DNA of 64,000 nucleotides from a virus: IMG/VR virus record IMGVR_UViG_3300042691_015370, positions 32,001 to 96,000 of that record; one strand, 5' to 3'. Shown piece by piece: positions 57,392 to 64,000 of this stretch (position 1 is its first letter; each line of letters starts with the position of its first letter). The notes under the pieces were generated by a model. It saw only the letters and a program-made list of their open reading frames with translations, ran no database searches and was not told where the DNA came from. The position numbers and the translations under genes were made by a program.

Positions 57392-58167
57392 TCTACTGGA
57401 TCAGCAGTCATCTCGTTGTACTCGGTCAACAGACGATTCAGAACCTTGGCATCAAGTGCGTCAACTTCGCTGCGATCAAGGAAATACTGCTCTTTATGAT
57501 TCTCTGGATCACGTACAGCATAGAAAACCTGCCAGCGAGAGAACTCATTGACCCAAGCAAAGTCAGCCTCAGCGTCAATAGCGCGCTCAAGAGTCTTGGC
57601 GCTCAGTTCGTCATCGGAGAAATGCGTGAACTCAAGACGAATGTTTTCCTTGTCCTCTTCAGTTGCCTCGTTCACCTGATCAGTGAACTTCACAAGCTCG
57701 TTGTAGACCCGAACTGCCTCTTCGTCCTCTGGGTCAGTGGCGTACTTGTCGTTTAGCCCCTCGTTCCAAGCGGTCTGGAGAGACTTGAGATAGTCGTTGT
57801 CAGACCAAGCAGGCTCATCAGCAAGGCGAGCCTCATTGGAGGCATAAGCTTCCTGAACCTTGGGTGCCATCAGGAACTCAATCATAGAGTCACGATCCTT
57901 GACACCAAGATCTTCTAGCTGCTCACGGAACACAGCTACCTGACGAGGGTCCGATTCAGGATTCTGCTTGAGGGCAAGAAGCTTAGCCCTAGCACCGGTA
58001 GCAGAGTCAGCGGCGTCACGCTGCTGAATGGGCGACAGCTTTGAAAGCCAAACAACAATAGGCTCATCAGTGCCGTCATCAAACGTAAGTTCCTTGCCGA
58101 CTACATAGAGATCCGTCAACCGACGACGGGTAGGGGCAATAACTTCCTTAGTGGTGGTCTTAGCCAT
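57379..58167 (-). CDS. tail assembly chaperone (gpG-like)
   Basis: Between major tail and TMP genes; AGGAG RBS before MAKTTT; slippery site at end. Confidence 0.85.
   Translation of the reverse strand: MAKTTTKEVIAPTRRRLTDLYVVGKELTFDDGTDEPIVVWLSKLSPIQQRDAADSATGARAKLLALKQNPESDPRQVAVFREQLEDLGVKDRDSMIEFLMAPKVQEAYASNEARLADEPAWSDNDYLKSLQTAWNEGLNDKYATDPEDEEAVRVYNELVKFTDQVNEATEEDKENIRLEFTHFSDDELSAKTLERAIDAEADFAWVNEFSRWQVFYAVRDPENHKEQYFLDRSEVDALDAKVLNRLLTEYNEMTADPVEGKD
57385..57391 (-). other. programmed -1 frameshift slippery site G GGA AAA
   Basis: XXXYYYZ heptamer just before the chaperone stop (VEGKD*). Confidence 0.88.
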
Positions 58168-58226
58168 ATAAACTCCTATATCCAATACCGTATCATCACG
58201 GTAACATACCAAACGACCTGAAAAAG

Positions 58227-58251
58227 TTAACGGAGCAAGTCCCACACAAAT
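58227..58251 (-). promoter_or_regulatory. putative late promoter (ATT-N16-CGTTAA) upstream of chaperone
   Basis: Directly downstream of the major-tail terminator. Confidence 0.4.
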
Positions 58252-58253
58252 TG

Positions 58254-58278
58254 AAAAGGCGGGGCATGTAGCCCCGCC
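58254..58278 (-). terminator. intrinsic terminator after major tail gene
   Basis: GGCGGGGC-TACAT-GCCCCGCC-TTTT on - strand. Confidence 0.85.
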
Positions 58279-58305
58279 AATCCAACAACAAATTGTCAGT
58301 TACGA

Positions 58306-59649
58306 TCAGACACGCTCACCGTTGTAAACCTTGAGCAGACCCTGATCAGACGAGAAGTTGAGAGTAGTCTCAAGCTTGGTCTGAACCCGACCCTGCATAC
58401 CGGGAACTTGGAAGCGAGCATCCTCGACGTATAGCGTCTTGAGACGGCCACCATCGGGGTTGTTGATCTGGACCTCCATGGGCAGTGGCACTGACGTGTC
58501 CGGGCCGATGATCTCGTCAACGGGCTTGCCGGTCACGTAAGCAATCTTCTGCCACAGGTCAGCGGGATCGATTGGCTTAACACCAATTGAACCAGCAACG
58601 TCAGGGGTATCGTAGTCCATTGCTACGTAGTGAGGGTTACCGAATTCCTCGTCCTGCTCTAGCTGCACTGACCAGTTAACCTCAGCCGACTGTACACCAG
58701 TGAGGCGAACCTCGGTGGGGGTGCCGTCAACGTCAGGCCAGATCACTACGTCGATGTCCTTGGGACGGATAGCGGCGGGCTTGACTGAAACGCCCTGATG
58801 GACGAGGTTGCCACCAGCGGTGCCACCAGTTGGGTTGGTACCATCACCTAGGGTGCCGGGGTTGTAGTTCTCGACGTTGACGTCAGTTGAACCGTAAACG
58901 ATACGGATAACGTTGTACTGACCCTCGCCGGTGCCCTGTGGGTACTCGGAAACATTGTTCACCCAGACGGTGCCGTTTGCAGCATCTGAGTAACCGTCGT
59001 TACCGCCGTTGTTGTGGTATAGACGCTTGTAAGCACCATTGCTGGTGTTCACGAGCACGACACACATGGCGTAAACGCTGTCGCCACCATCGTTGTAAAG
59101 AATGGGGGTGTGCTCTAGCTGAATCTTGTCACCTACTAGACCATTACCACCAGTGTATGCCTCTTCATGGTAGAAGGGCTGACCGGGGATGTAGTAGATG
59201 GAGTCACCACGAAGGGTGAAGCTCTGAGCAGCATTCTGACGTAGACCAAATCGGTACGAAGCCCGCTCTAGGGTCAGGTAAGGAACCGCAAGACCCTTAA
59301 CAATGTCGAACTGGTTACGACGGGACTTGAAGGGGGAGATCACGTCAATCGGAACGTGGTTCGCAAAATCGATCTCATTCGTACCAGCAACGAAGCCGGG
59401 GTCGTCAGAGTGAGCGAAAGTAGTGGGGTCCTCATTGGTGAGGATGCACTCAAACTCGGTGGTCATATCGAACGACTCAAGGTCGAACGAAAGATCAGGA
59501 ATGTCTCGCACGGTTGCGACACTGTTCCAGTTACCAAGCTCGTAAATCTTCTCTTCAGGGATATTAAGGTTACCGGGACCACCGCTCTGAATACGGTCGA
59601 TCACATAACCATTAATATCATGTAGAATAGCACCTGCTTTAATAGCCAC
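58306..59649 (-). CDS. major tail protein
   Basis: Upstream of chaperone/TMP; codon choice typical of a highly expressed gene; GGAGG RBS; followed by terminator. Confidence 0.8.
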   Translation of the reverse strand: MAIKAGAILHDINGYVIDRIQSGGPGNLNIPEEKIYELGNWNSVATVRDIPDLSFDLESFDMTTEFECILTNEDPTTFAHSDDPGFVAGTNEIDFANHVPIDVISPFKSRRNQFDIVKGLAVPYLTLERASYRFGLRQNAAQSFTLRGDSIYYIPGQPFYHEEAYTGGNGLVGDKIQLEHTPILYNDGGDSVYAMCVVLVNTSNGAYKRLYHNNGGNDGYSDAANGTVWVNNVSEYPQGTGEGQYNVIRIVYGSTDVNVENYNPGTLGDGTNPTGGTAGGNLVHQGVSVKPAAIRPKDIDVVIWPDVDGTPTEVRLTGVQSAEVNWSVQLEQDEEFGNPHYVAMDYDTPDVAGSIGVKPIDPADLWQKIAYVTGKPVDEIIGPDTSVPLPMEVQINNPDGGRLKTLYVEDARFQVPGMQGRVQTKLETTLNFSSDQGLLKVYNGERV

Positions 59650-59753
59650 AGTAAGCCTCCAAAATATTAGTCATGTTTGTTTGCCCTAACCTACTGTGTC
59701 AGCAGGCCGTATAAAATCTTATACACCACTACCTCTAGGTGTATCCTAAAGTA

Positions 59754-59777
59754 GTAACGGTGGGCTTAAGGACTAAT
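59754..59777 (-). promoter_or_regulatory. putative late promoter (ATT-N15-CGTTAC) upstream of major tail gene
   Basis: Same motif and spacing. Confidence 0.45.
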
Positions 59778-59781
59778 AAAG

Positions 59782-60924
59782 TTAGAGGCCAAAGTCTGAA
59801 GCAAGGGAACCAAACTGTCGTGAAGTAAGGCCCCATTGGCGAAGAAGTGTGGCGAATTCGCCTCTACTCATAGCGTCTGGATCGCCACCACTCTCAAGGA
59901 AGGCTTGCGGCGATGATGTATCAAGACTACCAGCAGCACCCGTAAACACCTTCGCGGGAGGTGTAGCAGTAGGAGCAATCTCAAACTGACCTCTACGCTC
60001 AGCAACAGCCTTTCCTGCCTTATTGGCTTTTCTGCGCCATTCATCAAGGATCTTGCTAACCTCTTGACCGTAACGGTTATTTAGGTGTCGAGCACCCTCA
60101 TCAATAAAGCGGGTACCGACAATACCCTTAGACTTTCTTCTTTCAAAGCCAAGAGTAGTAAAGGGCGGAATGACATACAAAGCACTACGTCTCGCTAAGG
60201 ATGGCGAGAAAGCGCCAGTATATCCATCACGAATAGACTTAAAGTTACCCCAAGATGTAGCCACATGCGCTTTAGACCAAATGCCTCTAGCACCCGAACC
60301 CGGAGAAAGCTGAGGAACCATGAAGCCCTTGGATGGCTTAAAGCTATTGAAGTTGACATTTGTCTTTGTTGGATAACCCGGACGAGTTCCGAACTTCATA
60401 TTGCCCCAAGTGGGCGTTGGCGTGGTCGCTGGCTTTGCGCCGAAGTTCAGTCGATACCACTGCTTGGCAGACTCATCTAGAATTTTCTTGTTCGGAAAAT
60501 AAATACCATGAGCATCATGTTCTACAAGACTTTCACTCTGCAAAGCCTTGAGCATTGCCTTATTCGAAAAACGACGCAACTTGCCCGGATCATCCCAACG
60601 ATACGACTTTCTATCGGCTCGTTGCGTTCTTTTGTAGGCTCTTACAATTTTGTCCTGAATTTCATCAGCAAGCTTGGCATGCATCTCTTCAAAAGCAGCA
60701 TCAGTAGCCTCTTCTTGACCAATCACCTTAACCCAAGTGTACAAACCCTCATAAAGACGATTGTACACCTGATCAGAAACTTTTAGACCTACCTGAATGC
60801 GAACATCCCTAAGAAGTCGCTCACTAGCTTGGCGAGCATAAAGGTATCCAAGGTACTGAGATTCACCCTGAGAAACGAATCGACCACCTTCGTTTCTGCC
60901 CCTATTACTCCAGCCTGTAGCCAT
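59782..60924 (-). CDS. basic virion morphogenesis protein (neck/tail-completion-like)
   Basis: Upstream of major tail gene; WYRLNFG and KGIVGTRFIDEG reminiscent of HK97 gp10-like proteins. Confidence 0.55.
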   Translation of the reverse strand: MATGWSNRGRNEGGRFVSQGESQYLGYLYARQASERLLRDVRIQVGLKVSDQVYNRLYEGLYTWVKVIGQEEATDAAFEEMHAKLADEIQDKIVRAYKRTQRADRKSYRWDDPGKLRRFSNKAMLKALQSESLVEHDAHGIYFPNKKILDESAKQWYRLNFGAKPATTPTPTWGNMKFGTRPGYPTKTNVNFNSFKPSKGFMVPQLSPGSGARGIWSKAHVATSWGNFKSIRDGYTGAFSPSLARRSALYVIPPFTTLGFERRKSKGIVGTRFIDEGARHLNNRYGQEVSKILDEWRRKANKAGKAVAERRGQFEIAPTATPPAKVFTGAAGSLDTSSPQAFLESGGDPDAMSRGEFATLLRQWGLTSRQFGSLASDFGL

Positions 60925-61181
60925 TACGACCTACTTAAGTTCGCTATCTGCTCAGCAAGTTCATCAAATCTGTCCATGAACTCTTCATTCCAGATAACGT
61001 CTGAATCTGAGATCAGATCAAAAGCTGTATCGCAAAGCTCATTGATTTGGTCGAGAATCTCTTTGCGAAGCTTGTGAGCAGTCTCAGGAGGCAAGTAGTG
61101 ATCACACTCTCGTTCTTTGAAGCTCAACAGTGTCGCAATAGCTCTGTCTCTTCGTTTTCCTAAAAAAGCCTTCTTATCCAT
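60924..61181 (-). CDS. hypothetical protein
   Basis: AAGGAA RBS; TAATG coupling. Confidence 0.7.
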   Translation of the reverse strand: MDKKAFLGKRRDRAIATLLSFKERECDHYLPPETAHKLRKEILDQINELCDTAFDLISDSDVIWNEEFMDRFDELAEQIANLSRS

Positions 61182-61198
61182 CTTGTTTCCTTTTTCTG

Positions 61199-63742
61199 TT
61201 AAGGTACATATACACTTGTGACATCCCAGTCGCTTCCATTTGATGTCACCTCCAAATTTGTTCCAACAGCAGTAATTTCGTAATCGGCAGCACCATCCAC
61301 CGTCTCTCCCGATTGAGCATCAAGCCTCACAACTCCCCCAGTTGCGGCCACCCTCACTTTGATCGATCGACCGGGGCAAACGGTTGCACTTGGTAATTGA
61401 AGAACTAGTGTTGTCAGAGCAGTGTCTACAGTGATGTAGTCACCGGCAGAAACGTCATAGCCCGCACTCACTGTGACAGCGTTTGATGGACTGCCACTCA
61501 GGATGGAGTAGGAACCAACATAGGCACCCTGACCGTTCGTAGCGACAATGGCGCCACCACCGATAGCATTCCAACCCCCGGCAATCCACACACCGTCAGC
61601 CGTATCAAAATGCTCAGTCATCACAACTGCACCGTTGTGGATGGTGAGTAGACTCAGATCGTCCAGAACGAGCACACAAAACGTTCCGGTCTGAGCGTTG
61701 ATAGCAACATTTGTAGTGGTTCCGTTGGCGTTGAGCACGCTCAGGTTATTGCCCACCACATCTGTGGCGATCCAGTCAGGACGATAGGACCGGGAGACAC
61801 CTTCACCACCCGTGATGCCAGTGCGTCCCGACGGGCCTGCGACGGGTGTCATGCCGCGCTGCGTTGGGTCACCATACAGTCGAAACAAAGCACAGTACGC
61901 CCAGCGGGTGCCGGTGTAGCTAACATGATCGTAGTTGCCAATATCGGTATCGAGCATAGAGCCGAAACCAGTCGCACGAGTTGCCGGGGCGTTCAGATGC
62001 AACGTCCAGACCCCACCATTGCCATCACTGTTATTGAGGATGGTCAAATTTTGACCATCCTCAATAGCTTGACCACCGACATGGGTGGCGGTCCCGTCGA
62101 GCGGGAAGTCGGGGTCAAACGTGACGTACTTAGAGACATGCAGATGAGGCACAACAGGTGTGACCGGATGGTAGCGGTTCAGTCTGTTCTCTAGTGTATC
62201 AATACTACTTTCAATCTCAGACAAATCGATAATGGGAAGTATTTGCTCAAAGCTACTGTACCCCAGCGTAGCACCACCAATCAGATACAGCCAAGCCACC
62301 GAAGAGCCAAGACCGGGTGCAAGCTCGAACTTTGACACCAGCCACAGACCAGCGTCAGAAGTGTTCCATGAGCGGACCTTGACGAAAGCCCCATCACCGA
62401 CATGCTCAAACAGGCCGCTTGACTGACCAGAAATCTCATCGGGATTCGCTCCGAGCACGGCCAGCAAACGCGCATTGCCAACAGTAGGCAGTCCGCTGAA
62501 CATACCAACAGTCCACACACCCTGAAAGAAGGACCCACCAAAATCAGCCTCTGGATTACCAGAGATGAAAGCTACTCGCATAGATCCAGCACGCTCAGCA
62601 ACTTCATCAACCGCCTCAGGCAGCGTATCTGCATTCAGTCCCGAGGCAGTGTTGTCGTAGGGGTAAACCTGAGTCGTAAAGTTGCAGTCCATTCCATCGT
62701 TGGCAGTAAAAATGATGGAGTTGCCGTACTTGTCGCCAGAGCCAACATGGACAGGAGTGCCAGTAAAGAGAGAGTCAGCTTCCCAGCGGCCATTCAACTG
62801 ATGCACCCTATGGAAGTAGATGTCTCCGGGTTCAACTGACGATCCCCCGAAATCATCAACCTCAAGATAGGTGGGGTGATTCGTGCCGTTGGGTTGAACT
62901 TCGAACACTTCCCAGAAGCCATTGTGAGCCTCAGTTGGCTGCCCACCAAGACCAGCGACTCTGGGAGCAGTGAGTTCGATGCCATCAATATCAGATACGG
63001 CAGGAAGTCTCACGTCATCGGGGTCACCAGCAGCATGAGCCAGAAGCGCATCCCCATCAGTTCCATCATGATACCCAGCGGTAATAGAAGGAATGGGTCG
63101 TCGCTTCTCGACGCTGAAAGTAGTTACATCATCTACGACACTGACATCCAGCCCATATCCGGCAACAAGCTGGGAGCCAATAACTGCCTCCCTGACAAAG
63201 AGCGTGGCAGGTGCAGTGGGGTCCAAGGGATTGTTGTTCATACCAAAGAACGTGGCTGTAGCCTCAGCATAAAGGGAAGCCACAACTTGTTCACCGCCAA
63301 GCACCGGGATTCTCTCGCATGGACCAGATGCAGTGATTCTCCACAATCCAGCGCTTGGACCAGACAGTGACAACACAGTCACCCCAACACCCATCGACCT
63401 TGGGACGTTGGCAGCCTCGACCGTAACTCCATCAAGGCTCAGAAGATCAACTTCAGTAAAGTTGCCACCAACCAAATCAACGTCTGCACCAACAATGCCA
63501 TTGGCGACAAGATGACCACCAGAACCAGAGCCACCAGAGCCATCACCCGAAATACTGGGAAGTTCCGACCAAGTAGAAGAACCGTCCCCAATCTTCAGCG
63601 TTGCTGTGTCTTCGTCATAGCCAGCCCTACCACGAGCAAGCACCTTGTCGTTGGCCTCCCATTCGGCGGTCGTGCGGACTATTACCCCCGGTCCCGGTGG
63701 TCCCTGAACTCCATCTGTGACTACAACAACTCTACTCATCAC
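61199..63742 (-). CDS. fibre/decoration protein with Mtd N-terminal (hyaluronidase-N-like) domain
   Basis: RTTAEWEANDKVLARGRAGYDEDTATLKIGDGSSTWSELP; short collagen-like GVQGPPGPG; C-terminal LQLPSA..GRSIKV..ETVDG domain. Confidence 0.75.
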   Translation of the reverse strand: MMSRVVVVTDGVQGPPGPGVIVRTTAEWEANDKVLARGRAGYDEDTATLKIGDGSSTWSELPSISGDGSGGSGSGGHLVANGIVGADVDLVGGNFTEVDLLSLDGVTVEAANVPRSMGVGVTVLSLSGPSAGLWRITASGPCERIPVLGGEQVVASLYAEATATFFGMNNNPLDPTAPATLFVREAVIGSQLVAGYGLDVSVVDDVTTFSVEKRRPIPSITAGYHDGTDGDALLAHAAGDPDDVRLPAVSDIDGIELTAPRVAGLGGQPTEAHNGFWEVFEVQPNGTNHPTYLEVDDFGGSSVEPGDIYFHRVHQLNGRWEADSLFTGTPVHVGSGDKYGNSIIFTANDGMDCNFTTQVYPYDNTASGLNADTLPEAVDEVAERAGSMRVAFISGNPEADFGGSFFQGVWTVGMFSGLPTVGNARLLAVLGANPDEISGQSSGLFEHVGDGAFVKVRSWNTSDAGLWLVSKFELAPGLGSSVAWLYLIGGATLGYSSFEQILPIIDLSEIESSIDTLENRLNRYHPVTPVVPHLHVSKYVTFDPDFPLDGTATHVGGQAIEDGQNLTILNNSDGNGGVWTLHLNAPATRATGFGSMLDTDIGNYDHVSYTGTRWAYCALFRLYGDPTQRGMTPVAGPSGRTGITGGEGVSRSYRPDWIATDVVGNNLSVLNANGTTTNVAINAQTGTFCVLVLDDLSLLTIHNGAVVMTEHFDTADGVWIAGGWNAIGGGAIVATNGQGAYVGSYSILSGSPSNAVTVSAGYDVSAGDYITVDTALTTLVLQLPSATVCPGRSIKVRVAATGGVVRLDAQSGETVDGAADYEITAVGTNLEVTSNGSDWDVTSVYVP

Positions 63743-63942
63743 ACACCTTCTTCTTCAAATACACTTGGATCTACATAATACGTAGGCTCTATAACCTCGT
63801 AAGCGCCTAAAGTTCCTTCTGGAATAAGATCCTTCATCGATGCCGGAATCCCATGTAATATAACGCCACATTGATTCGCAATTGCTGTTTCACGCACCGC
63901 ATTAGATGTTGGTAATGGTTCATTCGTAATCCAGAATTTCAT
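63739..63942 (-). CDS. hypothetical protein
   Basis: Overlaps fibre gene start. Confidence 0.6.
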   Translation of the reverse strand: MKFWITNEPLPTSNAVRETAIANQCGVILHGIPASMKDLIPEGTLGAYEVIEPTYYVDPSVFEEEGV

Positions 63943-64000
63943 GATGCCCCCAGAAGAACAAGCGTATTACCAGCAGAACCATTTGTTCCAGCAGTTCCAG
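63939..64000 (-). CDS. 3' end of a Gly-rich virion protein (truncated by window)
   Basis: ...GTAGTNGSAGNTLVLLGAS*; ATGA overlap. Confidence 0.5.
   Translation of the reverse strand, partial: GTAGTNGSAGNTLVLLGAS

Noticed and set aside
61199-63742. Diversity-generating retroelement suggested by the Mtd N-terminal domain
   Set aside because: No reverse transcriptase and no TR/VR repeat pair seen in the window; Mtd_N is common in fibres without DGRs
1-64000. Prophage boundary or host chromosome segment
   Set aside because: No integrase, att site or host housekeeping operon; recA, dnaE and whiB sit in phage-style gene chains, so lifestyle cannot be determined from this window

Overview
A 64-kb internal segment of a large tailed dsDNA phage (siphovirus-type tail genes) infecting Actinomycetota. 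Two WhiB genes support an actinobacterial host; several other proteins point more tentatively to Acidimicrobiia. 1-12.2 kb (+): end of a MoxR/RavA-type AAA ATPase, a VWA partner, WhiB, an SLT/Rpf-like transglycosylase flanked by structured non-coding DNA, and many small accessory ORFs. 12.2-31.9 kb (-): replication/recombination block with RecA, DnaE, GH26-like hydrolase, dATP/dGTP diphosphohydrolase, HNH, WhiB, primase-helicase, tRNA-Asn, SSB-like protein, AAA_24 ATPase, an intein-containing Cas4/RecB-like nuclease and an XRE regulator. 31.9-64 kb (-): tail module with minor tail proteins, a 1795-aa tail-tip protein, two paralogous distal-tail-like proteins, a 4466-aa tape measure protein, a frameshifted tail chaperone, major tail protein and an Mtd_N fibre. 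The standout is the tape measure protein. Its N-terminal half carries enzyme-like modules (GNAT, two HExxH zincin peptidases, two kinase-like domains, a duplicated unknown module) separated by a recurring LGxGxxAYSxP linker, suggesting a virion-delivered polyvalent effector array. Other observations: a candidate late promoter (ATT-N15-CGTTA), two structured non-coding regions, two single-lesion broken genes, a degenerate Fic protein and small paralog families. All assignments come from motif recognition by eye; no searches were run.
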